A stretch of DNA of 63,958 nt, counting the filler, from Octopus bimaculoides (taxonomy: Eukaryota), in NCBI RefSeq assembly GCF_001194135.2. It is 4 parts of 3 records of this genome, joined end to end, with 100 filler letters (N's around TTAATTAATTAA, not from the genome) between each part and the next. Parts side by side here need not be neighbours in the genome. Positions count along the whole stretch, not along the records: positions 28,109 to 59,233 come from NC_068988.1; 3 more parts are not named here. One strand, 5' to 3'. Each line of letters opens with the position of its first letter. Position 1 is the first letter of the stretch. The notes beneath the pieces were generated by a model. That model saw nothing but the letters and a program-made list of their open reading frames with translations. It searched no databases and had not been told where the DNA came from. A program made the position numbers and the translations under genes. This document shows, one piece after another, positions 40,576 through 54,046 of the stretch.

Positions 40576-43126
40576 TAGTCTTCTAATCATTATTTGCGAA
40601 TTATTTTTAATTAACAACAATCCGCAATACTCATGCATACAACGTTACCGGAAATTTCGACTAGATGTACCACGATATTAAAGTAAATATTCAGTTTATT
40701 CCGTATCAATATTTTGATTAAAATGAAAGAATTCAAATTTCTAAACCTGCTTCATGACGCTTGCTGACGTTTGTCTTCCCTCTTTTAAAGTCCTGTATTA
40801 ATATTCGTTTATCTTTGAATATTTTAACTGGATATAACTCAGAGAGTATAAAAACAATATCTTAGAATATTAAGCCAAACTGTCGTAACCATCCTACCCT
40901 GCCTGAATCTGTTGCTTCATTTGTTATATTGCAGCATATTATAAAATTATAAAATATTAATTTTTCCTAGATAATAAAGTATTCTGAGATCCTGATTTTA
41001 GCACAAGTTTCGTTGTTGGAGGTTCAGTATTCAGTACTCGAAACATTTCGATTTGATATATGTCGTCTTATTACAGTTTACTATGACATTCTCGTTGTAA
41101 TCACATTCTTTTTCATATTCTTTGACGCCCCATTGCTTCAATATTGTAGTACAATGAAATGTTCATTATCAGGTGTCTTTCGTTTGGTCAATAATAATTA
41201 TCTGTTTTGTTACTGTTTAATATACTAGTTACTTGGAAGATAATACGTACTGTTAGCAGAGAATTTGCATTTTGTATATTTATTTATTTCAAGTTAGCGA
41301 TCTCTAACCCACAGTCTTCAGGTATCTAGGATAGATTACTTTTTGTAGAATGTATCATATAATTCAATCATGCATTTCCTTTTATTTCAAATATAAAATA
41401 CTAATTTGTAATATAACTAATTTCTATTTTTATTAGTTTCGTCATGTGTAACTGACCGACTTTGCTGTATCAGTGCTATTTATTCTTTTTGTATTTATTC
41501 TACCTTCATTAATTGTTGTATTTGTCAAATTTTCTTGTAAGTCTAGAATATTGTAATTATAACTTTATGCGGGGTATTTTCGCTTTAGAACCCCTTGCCA
41601 TGCACTATTTAAATATAAACTTTTCCATTTATATAAAAGAATATTTTAAACTACGTTTGTTTATAAAAATATGTCATACGTTTGATAGATGTGCATCCAT
41701 TTTTCATTCTTATTATTAATCATCACTTTAATCTGCTGATTGTATTTCACCTTCATCACATGCCCTATCAAAAGAAGCAATCTAAATTTTGCAGACAGTT
41801 TCACAAATGTCTATCGAATCTATCCAGTTAAAATTTAATTTCGATTTGCATTCAAATTATTATTTCTGAAATGCCTGCAAATATTTAAAATTCATATATA
41901 GTATAAATTAAATAGTTCATGGAATGTGTATTAGACTTTTATTAAGTTGTTTGATAAAAGGTTATATTTCCAGTTTGTCATTATACTATTCTTTCTAAGA
42001 TTAAATCAAATCTTACTACTTTCATTTATATTTCACTTACATATGGAAGCGTTCCAAATATTCTTCCAACGTTTCGAATTCTTATGACAAGGCACATATA
42101 AACTATTTGCACATTTTTGATACTCAGTGCCCTTCTGTACAGAGATTACAAAATTTAAACGGTATATTGGCAGTATAGAAAAATGTATTTGTCTCAACAT
42201 CGTGAGTTCAACTGCTGTGAAACTCCAGTTTGCAATTCATCCTTCAGGGCCTGCTAAAATAACTTTTCATTCAAGAAGGATGGTTTATTTAATCAACTCT
42301 CAATAAGCGCGAACATGCAATTGGAAATCATCATTCAATACTGCTAAAATCGCCGCTCAACTGTTTAGAATACATGACTGTCATGTCAATAGTGTCTATA
42401 ACACCCCACATTACTAAAATCACAATACCCACAAACAAACATACAATCATTAATTTCTCTCTCCCATTCTAAGTCAACATTAACAGTATTACTTTAAAAC
42501 AAAAAATTGTAAAATAAACATACCTCAGTCTGCAAATTACATTACCTGCTAAAAGATATCTGCCTTTTCTCCTAGCAACATTGAACAACCTCTATAGGTG
42601 AATCGTCCTTGAGTCTTCCTTATGATCCACAAAGTAATGTATCTTTAGTATACCGTATATAATGTTATACTTTGAAATATCTTACGTTCATTAGACACTT
42701 CTGCGTAAATTTATTGTCATAAAGGACGGAGTACTGACGAATGCGTTGCCCCTGTGTTCTGTAAGTGATAACACACACACAAACACACACACACACACAC
42801 ACATAGATATGAATATAATGTGTGTATATGCCTAGTATGTAAAGTAATACCCACCGACAAACACGCATATTTACATATGATTACATGTAAAATATAATTT
42901 GATACATATCACGGAATCCACTAATTGAACATTTATTTCGCTTAATTACTATCTATTTTACGCTTGTTTTCAAGTTATTAGATTCAATATTTCACCATGG
43001 ACCACCACAGGAAGATAATAATATTAGAATGCTGTAAAATTTTACATAATTTTCTTTTTGTTAGTCACAGTATAATTTATGACTAGGGTATCTGCGTAAT
43101 CGTAAAATCTCCCTCTCCCCTCCCTC

Positions 43127-43177
<51 letters not shown>

Positions 43178-43187
43178 NNNNNNNNNN

Positions 43188-43226
<39 letters not shown>

Positions 43227-43241
43227 AGTATGTGTGTGTGT

Positions 43242-43273
<32 letters not shown>

Positions 43274-43319
43274 CTGTGTGTAGATATATACACTTTAGTC
43301 ACACACTACCAATAAATAT

Positions 43320-43715
43320 TTTACTTGTTCAGCCATATAACTGCGGCCATGCTGGGGCACTACATTGAAGAAATTTAGTCGAACGTTTGTAGCCCAGTAC
43401 GTGTTTTTGTAAGCCTGATACTTATTTTATCGGTCTTTTATGCCGAACCACTTCGTTACGGGAACGAAAACACACCAACACCGGTTGTCAAGTAGTGGTG
43501 AAGATAAGCACACGCACAAAGACACACACTCACACACATATGTTTGTGTGTGTGTGTATAACGGGCTTCTTTCAGTTTCCTTTAAAGAAATCTGCTCACA
43601 ATGCTTTGGCTGGTCCGATACTTTAATAGAAGACCCATGCCTAAGGTGTCACGAAGTGGGACTGAACTAGGGAGCATACGGTTGAGAGGTTAAGTTCTTA
43701 CCACACAGTCATACT
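43320..43715 (-). mobile_element. SINE A
   Basis: gcggccatgctggggcac..ccggttgtcaag..gggcttctttcagtttcc..agaagacccatgcctaaggtg..cttaccacacag. Confidence 0.88.
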
Positions 43716-44277
43716 GAAATATTCCTTTAAATAAAATTATTCGTCACAGTTAAATATCAGATAGAATTTATCCAACTAGGTTTAGGATTTTAAAGATATA
43801 TCCCACGAAGTAAAATTGGTTATCATTGATACATTCAGAAACAATGTAATAGGAATATTCTAAACAAGACCGATATAATGTGTTATATTCTTGAGATAGG
43901 CACTGATTTCGATTTACAGCAGGGCTTTTCATAGAAACATGAAAGTTTATGTTAGGGATAGAAGATTTTACTTAAGAAATCTAAACTGATATTTTTGAAA
44001 GAGTTTTTTTCTTTCTTTCTTGCATACATTATTCTGTTATAAATTATATATACTGTATGATAATATGATAAAAAAGGGACACTTATAATCATATACATTG
44101 CACAATATACCTACATACATATCCACATACGAAAGATACGAGAGGTTTTCGTCAGGGTGACTCAAATTAATAGGTTTGCGCTCTATCTAAACATATGCAT
44201 ATGAATGGCAGATATTTCCATAGAGATATGCATTAATAAGCACGACACACCTGCATATATACTTTTATATATATTCT

Positions 44278-44460
44278 CTTTTACTCTTTTTCTTGCTTCA
44301 GTCATTTGTCTACGGCCATGCTGGGGCACCGCCTTAAAGAGTTTTAGTCATAGAAATTGACCCCAGGACTTACTCTTTGTACGACTAGTACTTATAGTAC
44401 CATAGCGTTGACGCGCTGACAAGCACGGACACACATACACAAAGACAGACGCACACGTAT
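44278..44460 (-). mobile_element. SINE A 3' fragment
   Basis: cagtcatttg..ggccatgctggggcaccgcc..gaccccaggacttact. Confidence 0.8.
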
Positions 44461-45059
44461 ATATTTAATTTGGCGGAGTTTATTATCATGGGCCGTTTAG
44501 ATTAATGAAAGAATACTCTCCCGGTATCTGAGGTGTACAGGTTCGAGCCCCGTAGCCGTCTGCTGACAACGTCTTTCGCTTTATAAGGGTAAAATTGTGT
44601 TTTCTTGTCTGAATATGTATGTACACAGATCAGCACATATACGCATACACATACGGGTGCATTCATACGTGAAAATTGGTGCAAACAAGGAAGTGTAGGA
44701 CCATGTAATTCTAAAATCATCATATCAGGAGTGCTCGTCCAAGTATGATGATTTATGTGTACAACAGGTAAAGATAAACCTCCTTCGGTACATATATACA
44801 AATACTACACCTTGCATAGACAATGTGATGCACATGTTTGTATATACCTAAACTTTCATCGAATTTCAATATATTAAAGAAGTGTGCATATGTATGCATA
44901 TGATAGACTGTAATATATATGTATATATTTGTGTGTGTGTGTGTGTGAGTGTGTGTTTGTGTGTATGTGTGTGTACGTGTGTGTACATGTGAATATGTAC
45001 TTGTACATGTTTGTGGGTGTACATAGGTACACATAATTTATGCAGATATATAAATGTGA

Positions 45060-45091
<32 letters not shown>

Positions 45092-46074
45092 NNNNNNNNN
45101 NNNNNNNNNNNNNNNNNNNNNNNNNNNNNNNNNNNNNNNNNNNNNNNNNNNNNNNNNNNNNNNNNNNNNNNNNNNNNNNNNNNNNNNNNNNNNNNNNNNN
45201 NNNNNNNNNNNNNNNNNNNNNNNNNNNNNNNNNNNNNNNNNNNNNNNNNNNNNNNNNNNNNNNNNNNNNNNNNNNNNNNNNNNNNNNNNNNNNNNNNNNN
45301 NNNNNNNNNNNNNNNNNNNNNNNNNNNNNNNNNNNNNNNNNNNNNNNNNNNNNNNNNNNNNNNNNNNNNNNNNNNNNNNNNNNNNNNNNNNNNNNNNNNN
45401 NNNNNNNNNNNNNNNNNNNNNNNNNNNCATTAGTTCGCACGCATCAATCACAAGAATTAGTTTAAAATTGGGAAAAAGTTTATATAATTATATTACATAC
45501 GATAGTGTTAACGTATGTGTTCACTGCATTCAGTAACATCTGCAAATCCAATTCAGAACTACATCAAAAATTTATCATTTCCTCTAATTTTCTTGAACAC
45601 TTCGACATTGAACTACCACGTCTACGAGTAAACTAGTGGGTACTGATGTTAAGGTTCTACTCATCTTCTCTTGTCTTCCAGCTTAAATACTCCCACTTGT
45701 TTCAGAGACGTATGATCCTCTTCCTGCTACCGTCTTTCAAACCCGAGGTGTGCTCTCTTTCTCAAGTTTTTTTTATTATCTCGTAAGCGCTGTCAACCAC
45801 TTCTATAAAGACTTTTTTATCAACAGGAATATTGCAACACCACTTTCTCCGTCTTCTGTTCTTCTTAAACTGTGAAGCTGCTCCCGATCATCTTCCAGTA
45901 CCTTTCAAATAACTACAATTCAAAACCTCCATTCACCATTCCATGGTTTGTGATGTGACGGGATGTCCTAGAGCAATCCTTATTTCCAGAGACTACTGCC
46001 CGTTGGCATACAAACCATTCAGAAATTTCATACTGAACTGTCCATAAACGTTCGGCATTGTATTCCTGGTAGAA

Positions 46075-46322
46075 ATGTTCCCTTTCGTGTCATACCGACT
46101 AATAAGGACTGGTTTCCCGGTTTCATAGCATATATATTCCCCACCTGGACGAAACGCCACTCGGGCTCACGATTACGCATTTCTGCCAGCTTATCGACTG
46201 GAGCAGCGTGAAATAAAGAGTTTTTTTTCTCACGATCACAATACGTCGCCCTGTCCAAGAATCGAAACCACAATTTCACGATCATGAATCCAACACCCTA
46301 GTTAATAAGCCACGTGCCTTCA
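46075..46322 (-). mobile_element. tRNA-derived SINE with a family C-related head
   Basis: gactggagcagcgtgaaataaag..gaatcgaaaccacaat..acgatcatg shared with 17520-17640; different tail (ggactggtttcccggtttc). Confidence 0.78.
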
Positions 46323-47407
46323 CAGTGTATACCTGCAAGTGTCCTGGACATATAATGCATTTATGTAAGTTGCAAGCTGTTAACGAAGACCTAAATTTAC
46401 GCATTAGCTAAATATATCCGGATGATATGACCATAGATCTTTCTCTCTATCTACCTGGAATGAATTACCAAGTAATCTTTACAAACTCAATGTTGCACGG
46501 AAATTCTGGAATTCCAGCGTTATGGATATAATTACCCAGGAGTTTGTACTTCATGAAAATCTGTTATCCGCTTTGCTCCTGCACTTATCAATAGCGTCTC
46601 ATGAAAACTGAAGTAAAGAAACCTTCTAAAAGTTTTCTTCTTTGCCTTATACACACATTCAGCAATATACTAATGCAGTTGTGGCACAGCTTCAGAGTGT
46701 GTAACAATACATTCTAACTCGCTGCGCTACCATATCGTACCTCCGACACGAGAGTGTCGGCGTTCAAGACACGCAATTCGTTCGAGTCCACCATCGATTA
46801 TGTTAGATTGGTTTCTCAAAACTGATGCCATTATTTGCAGTTCCCCTAGCTTCAGAGTTGGATGTATGGCTCTCAAATTTGCTTCGAAGACATATTTCAG
46901 ATGTTCCTTTTTCCTAGTTATTTTCTTACATGTAATGTTTAAAAGTATTGCTCTAAATAAATGTAAAAGATTCATATTCGCGCGTTAGTTCATCATAAAA
47001 ATCCAATATATTTATTATAGCATCGACACAAATGCAGGAAATACTATTTTCATATAAATACGTGCATAGTGCACTGTCTTTTATTCTAAAAAATGTACCC
47101 ATAAATTTATATCGATTCTCATTTATTCGTGCTGCTCACATTTAAAGGGAGGATAGTAAACAATAAACAATGTTTCTGACCATATGTCACCTCAATAAGG
47201 AAATCCTTGTAAAAACGACACGCTTTTAAGTTGCATTTTATATCATAAGAAATGTACACATAACGAAAAAAGCACGATTACTGTGTTGCTGCTACAATTG
47301 CGTACACAAAATGTTTCTGAACACCTTCAATATTCATCAATACAAGTGAATGTTTTATTCAGTTTCCTCTACAGCAAGGTACTAATTTAATTTAAATAAG
47401 TGATAAT

Positions 47408-47512
47408 AAGGTGAAGCCATACTCAAGGAAAGGTGAAGCCATACTCAAGGAAAGGTGAAGCCATACTCAAGGAAAGGTGAAGCCATACCCAAGGAAAGGT
47501 AAAGCTATACTC
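47408..47512. repeat. 22-bp minisatellite, about 4.8 copies (aaggtgaagccatactcaagga)
   Basis: Units start at 47408, 47430, 47452, 47474 and 47496; the first three are identical; no spacers. Confidence 0.95.
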
Positions 47513-48864
47513 TCGTTCTTGTGAGTCACTGCAGAGACAATATTCTTCTCACTATACAATGTATTATGAGCGCAATTTTTTGAAAACATCTTATTTCAGA
47601 CAAACCAGTGACATTCCTTCAAACGGTGGGTATTCACGTAAAATGATACAAAAAATGGCGATTTTAATTTAATGTTCTTTCATTTGATTACATCTAAATT
47701 TACTCTACTCGGTAATTTTCTTTTATGGAAGCAAATTTGATACAAAAATTGACATCAACAAAACAGTGTATGTTTTTTATGTGAAACCAGTTACAAAGGT
47801 AATAAAGTTATTCTTAAAGAAAATAGTTCAAGTTTATACTTATGTTGCCCAGTTACTAAAAAATATGTATCACAAATTTATTATATTAAATTGTAAACAC
47901 TTGTGGTTATATATTATTCACCTATTTTTATGTGAAATGTATACCAATATCAGTAAAGATATTAAAATCAGTCCTTTGGTTCTCTCAAATGGAATTTGAA
48001 TCAAACAATATCAAACGCCATTTACCTTTGAAGTGTCTTAAAAGTTAAATAACATACAATAAATTTTAACATTTACATATATGGCTGTCTACTAGCAGTA
48101 TGATCTGTATATGTAGAATAGTTATCTATTTCATAGATTGTGGAGATACAGACTGTCTGGACAGAAATAATACATACAACTAAATCATACTTGCATGATC
48201 CTGATGTTTATCTTATTCATATAATCAAAATTTGTCTCTGTTATAATTAAAGTGGGTAAATAAATTCCAGTTCAGTAATGTCTTCTAGAAATCATAAATA
48301 AATCATTGTAAATATATCCTTACTTATGACGCTGAGAAACTGAAATGACACCGTAATATCGATATCCATTATTCCCATTCACCTTACGGGGTGAGTTATC
48401 CCCGCCTGGCTTGATGTTACAGTGATTAACGGTTAATCGATTTGGCATCAAATAAAATATCGCGGGATCATTTTATATCATTACTGGGTGTGGCCCGATG
48501 GTTCTTGGGAGTGGCTATTGCTTCAAGATATCTCTGGGTCCAGAGAGGAGATACCAGTTATATGTTGAGTACGATATAATTAATGCTTTCCAGGATCTTA
48601 ATTATTTAACTCTTGCCAAAATTATAAAACATCACAAGCAGTAACAATACTAGAAATAGAGGAAACAACGATGTTGTACATGATATAACTCTAAGATTCT
48701 GTCTGGGCATAATCAATATGTATCATAATGAAATTAAATGTTTTGTTTCTCTTCTTTGTACATGTATGCACATATACATGTATACACATGTAAGCACTCA
48801 TGCACACACGCACATGGACACATGCATGTTGTATTATGGATATGTATGTGTGCGTGTGTGTGTA

Positions 48865-48913
<49 letters not shown>

Positions 48914-49878
48914 GGTGTGGGTGTGTGTCAGTGTGTGTATAAATATATACGCTTATACATATGCATATACATATACATACATATATATGTTTATGTATAT
49001 GTATATATATNNNNNNNNNNNNNNNNNNNNNNNNNNNNNNNNNNNNNNNNNNNNNNNNNNNNNNNNNNNNNNNNNNNNNNNNNNNNNNNNNNNNNNNNNN
49101 NNNNNNNNNNNNNNNNNNNNNNNNNNNNNNNNNNNNNNNNNNNNNNNNNNNNNNNNNNNNNNNNNNNNNNNNNNNNNNNNNNNNNNNNNNNNNNNNNNNN
49201 NNNNNNNNNNNNNNNNNNNNNNNNNNNNNNNNNNNNNNNNNNNNNNNNNNNNNNNNNNNNNNNNNNNNNNNNNNNNNNNNNNNNNNNNNNNNNNNNNNNN
49301 NNNNNNNNNNNNNNNNNNNNNNNNNNNNNNNNNNNNNNNNNNNNNNNNNNNNNNNNNNNNNNNNNNNNNNNNNNNNNNNNNNNNNNNNNNNNNNNNNNNN
49401 NNNNNNNNNNNNNNNNNNNNNNNNNNNNNNNNNNNNNNNNNNNNNNNNNNNNNNNNNNNNNNNNNNNNNNNNNNNNNNNNNNNNNNNNNNNNNNATATAT
49501 ATATATATATATGTACATCTCTGGTTTGTGCTTCCATTTGAGTGCGTTTAAGTGCGTTCTAAGTGTATATTTGTGTGAACCTCATGGCGGATCCTAATGG
49601 TGGTCATGATTTTAAAGCTGCCGGTTGGTTTTCCAGACAAGGCATAGCATCAATCGTGCAGAATCTTGTTCATAAAGATAAAAAAATTTGAATAAAGCAC
49701 ATGATTTTAACATTGCTCCAGCTCGCTCAGCAGTACTAAGCGTTCCATCACATATTTTTTACACCCTGTTTTGTCTTCACTGCTGTATCATCTTATCTGG
49801 ATCGCTAGGTTAAAAGGAGGGTGTCTTGACGGTGCTTGCGTCTGCTAGCAACCAGCTGTGTTCATATATGTATACATA

Positions 49879-49917
<39 letters not shown>

Positions 49918-50722
49918 ATACACACACACACACAAACACAAACACATACATACGCACACAAATATGTATATCTAGGTGTTTATATATACATGTGTGTGTG
50001 CGTGTTTATGGTCATGTATGTATGCATATATGCGCGTATATACTTTATACATGGTGCTTATCTCCCTTCTACCCAAGCTTTCCTTTCCTATTTTTTTCTC
50101 TCGTTGAATTTTGCGTTTTCATGGAGAGCAATAATGTATTATTTGGAGCCTAAACAAGAGAACGATATTGCAATACACTTTATACAACCCCAAACTGATT
50201 ACTCTGCTATCCGAACATGAAATTTAGAATAGTTTACTTTTAAATCTTGATATTGTGTCTCACTGGATGGAATGCTTTTCTCTTGATCCCAACCACAGTC
50301 GAACAGACCACTATGAATATATATGTGTCTATATATATATGTGTCTATNNNNNNNNNNNNNNNNNNNNNNNNNNNNNNNNNNNNNNNNNNNNNNNNNNNN
50401 NNNNNNNNNNNNNNNNNNNNNNNNNNNNNNNNNNNNNNNNNNNNNNNNNNNNNNNNNNNNNNNNNNNNNNNNNNNNNNNNNNNNNNNNNNNNNNNNNNNN
50501 NNNNNNNNNNNNNNNNNNNNNNNNNNNNNNNNNNNNNNNNNNNNNNNNNNNNNNNNNNNNNNNNNNNNNNNNNNNNNNNNNNNNNNNNNNNNNNNNNNNN
50601 NNNNNNNNNNNNNNNNNNNNNNNNNNNNNNNNNNNNNNNNNNNNNNNNNNNNNTATATAGGCAATATTAAATATCTGAGCGGGATGTCAACAGTAGCAAT
50701 GGAGAATCGTAACATATATTTG

Positions 50723-51221
50723 CCAACCAAGTGTGGCGTCCTATACGGGACAGTTCTACTGTCGTTTACAGCCCCAGGAAGACATCTATTCCAGCTGGCA
50801 AACGACACACATTCTGTGTCCGATTGGTATTTGCGAGGGAAGGTTATCGTTCCCATCCCTAGCTTTACGTAACACACACGGACTCAAGTTTATGGGTGGT
50901 TAATCGTCCTCAGCGCGTGTTAGTCACCAGCTAGTGTCTCCCTTTTTGAGAACAGCAACGGTTCGTCGCTTGAAAAAGCATATAGCGTTTTGCCAGGCCA
51001 GTGTGATGAGTTTTCATTCATAGCTGGTGATTAACTCACGCTGAGTACAGGCAACCACCCAGAAACACAAGTCCGTGTGTATCTCGTAATTCTAGAGATG
51101 GAAGCGATGTCTTCCCCTCGTAAACACTTATCAGAAACAGAATGTGTGTCGTTTGCCAGCTGGAAGAGATGTCTTCTTCCCGGGCTATTAAGGTCCCGTA
51201 TAGGACGCCACACTCGGTTGG
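50723..51221. repeat. ~500-bp foldback element: ~205-bp inverted arms around an 87-bp spacer (MITE-like)
   Basis: 50723-50933 aligns to the reverse complement of 51021-51221. Confidence 0.9.
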
Positions 51222-51781
51222 TATTGAAAATGAAACATACAAATTCTCATATTACTTTTATACGAAAATAACAGTAATGCATACGTACTGCATCTGTATT
51301 CGGATACAGACTTCGATTTAGGATCTTCCTTATAGCATGCAGTAAGATAGAGCCATCAGCGCTCTCGAAATAAAGAGAAGTGAGACAAGAAGTTGAGAGC
51401 AAATATAACTGGTTGATCTGTGGTTTGGAATATGCCTATCTTATCTAAGTTAGTCCTTTGGCTTCTTACTCTGGAGTTTTTTCTGAGTATTCATACAAGT
51501 TACAGTATTATGTTTGTGTCTCTGTGCCTGTGTGTATGTGAATGTGTGTATGCAGTTGAGTGTGTTTAGTGTGTGTGTGTGTGTGTGTGCTTGGGCGCGC
51601 GCATGTGTTTGTGGATGTGTTTATTCTTTGCGTTTTATTTAAGCACGTCAGAAATTTCAAGACAGATGCTAACAATGTAACAAGACATTTTGAGTAAAGA
51701 ATGTTCCTGGATGTTGTAAGTACGTAGTTGAGTTTGGTGTAGTAGCCCCCACACACATAGGTGTGTGCATCAATTCGCCTA

Positions 51782-51885
51782 AAGTTTCTTAGATAATGTA
51801 TATCTGGAATGTCTTAGATATCTTCACTGTGCCGCTAATCGGTTGAATTTGGAAATTTATTTCCCCAAAATCATACTTCTTGTAT
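51782..51885 (-). mobile_element. Tiny 3' coding stub of the same RLE family as 1916-2480
   Basis: FQIQPISGTVKISKTFQ versus IQSISGTVKIFKTYL. Confidence 0.65.
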
Positions 51886-52014
51886 TTTTGTGTAAATGTG
51901 TAAATACATGTATGTATGCCGGTACACTGGTATATACATATATATNNNNNNNNNNNNNNNNNNNNNNNNNNNNNNNNNNNNNNNNNNNNNNNNNNNNNNN
52001 NNNNNNNNNNNNNN

Positions 52015-52045
<31 letters not shown>

Positions 52046-52949
52046 ATATGTGTGTACGCATCATATGCATATATTTTAAATAATATATTCGTATATAAAC
52101 ATCTGTATGTGCGTGTATGTGCGTACATAAAACACAAATACGTGTATGCGTGTGCATTTGCTAGCGATTCGAATTATATTTCACATTTTAGTATAATTAG
52201 TGTTTATCTTATCTGGCAACATGGATTAATTAATTAACTTTTTAATTAAAGATGCACAATGGAGTATTTAGGAGATATTTTGAAATGTAACACGTTATTT
52301 TCTTTGTGTAAATAAAACAGTTTTAACATAACAGTTTTCATGTTTATTTGAGCTGAAATGGATATCCATATTGCATGTTACAAGTATTGCTAATGAAAGA
52401 AAGAGTATACGACTGCTGTAAACGTAGTGATTGGAATCATATGGTTATTTATAACGAACATAACCTTGGAAAGCAGGGGAGTTTTATATGAACAAAGGAA
52501 GGCTTTCTTTTTCACATTGGATTTACTTCCAGTGAAACCGATGCAGTTTAATGTCTATGGACAAATTCAAATGCTTTGTCTAAAATATTGTCAAAAGCCA
52601 ATTACATCAAGACCAAGGGAGAAGACGACAGATACGGCAAGAAGTCGGCTACTGTTTAAACATCTGAGTCAATAACTCTCGTACTGTTGTGCAACAGCAT
52701 TTCAGCTACATCAGTTGCTGACCTCGACAGTCCTTGTGTCATGGTCTGAGGAGCCGCAGCACTTACATAACTGCTTCACCACCTGATGATATACCGATTA
52801 CTGCATTCAGAGACGAGGTACTGCAGTATAATCTGCACACAAGTGTTTATGCTAAATATTTTCGCTGCGAGGACGAAATATTAGCTTCTTATGAGGGTGC
52901 GCCTCACGTCCTAATTAAAACAAAATGAAACATGTCATTTATTATATGA

Positions 52950-53166
52950 GCAGCGAAGGAGAACTAACATGTTCGTTAGCATGAGAGACAAAGTGGTTAG
53001 TGACATTTTCTCCAGATTTGCATTTTGTGTTCAAATTCCGCCGAGCTTAGCGCTACCTTTCATCACTTCAGGGCCGATAAAATAAGTGCCAAGTATGCAC
53101 TGGTGTCAATGTAATGGGCGAACCTCTTCCAAAATCGTTAGCCTTGTGCCTATAGTAGAAAGGATT
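52950..53166 (+). mobile_element. SINE B
   Basis: gttcaaattccgccgag..cctttcatc..gataaaataagtgcc..gccttgtgcctatagtagaaaggatt. Confidence 0.85.
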
Positions 53167-53659
53167 GCGTGATATTTAAATGCGAATGTCTGCATCCATA
53201 TGTGTGCATCCTTCAGTATGCGCCTGCATGTGATTATGTGCACCAACGAGTATGTTTGTATCTGTATGAAGTGTATAGTACGAGTGTATGCCAATCTGTG
53301 TGTTCAAAACTTGTTCTTGTCCTTTATATGTATCTGTATGTTTGGTGAGTTTGTTAACATTGGCTTGAAATAGATAAAGATAAAGTATGTATTACTGTTA
53401 CTAAATTTTCTACAGTCACCTTCATATTCGATGACTGCCATTGGGATCGATCAGGAACCGGACAAAGATTCTGGATTATTTTTCAGGGTTTTTAATTAAT
53501 TTTTGAGAGCGGTCGGATTCGTTATTAGAATTCTCGTTTGTGAGAGCAGTCGAGTTTATTTTAGATATTCTCATTAAAAAAAAAAATCGTCTCTGGCTAA
53601 TTGTTGAAATGACGTTGGTGTCCTCTAGGCGGATGTTTCAGCACTCTGGGTGCTCTTGT

Positions 53660-53703
53660 TAATGTCATTATTATCATTATCATAATAATAATAATAATTA
53701 TTG

Positions 53704-53735
<32 letters not shown>

Positions 53736-53782
53736 ATAATAATAATAATAATAATTATTATTATTATTATTATTATTATTAA

Positions 53783-53845
<63 letters not shown>

Positions 53846-53859
53846 GAAGAGGAGTATGG

Positions 53860-53891
<32 letters not shown>

Positions 53892-53933
53892 TGCAGCAGC
53901 AGCTGTGGCAGCAGTAGCTGTGGTAGCAGCAGC

Positions 53934-54004
<71 letters not shown>

Positions 54005-54013
54005 CAGTAGCAA

Positions 54014-54046
<33 letters not shown>
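53660..54046. repeat. Compound (AAT)/(GTT)/(GGT)/(ATT)/(AGT)/(AGC) microsatellite
   Basis: Direct reading. Confidence 0.95.

Noticed and set aside
45770-45900. Possible RTE-type endonuclease remnant on the minus strand (GESGVAIF..IEVV)
   Set aside because: Too short and degenerate to support without a profile search.
46727-46975. 82-aa minus-strand ORF and the hairpin ccgacac-gaga-gtgtcgg at 46743-46760
   Set aside because: No domain match or good splice acceptor; a 7-bp stem can arise by chance and lacks the downstream CTRR of a Helitron end.
47408-47512. 22-bp repeats as a CRISPR array
   Set aside because: Units are directly adjacent with no spacers.
48391-48396. Consensus donor GGG|GTGAGT
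   Set aside because: No open upstream frame or promoter-like context; expected by chance in 64 kb.
52540-52930. Possible RTE RT C-terminal remnant (MDKFK.., DEVLQ)
   Set aside because: Only scattered weak similarity; motifs are not collinear enough.
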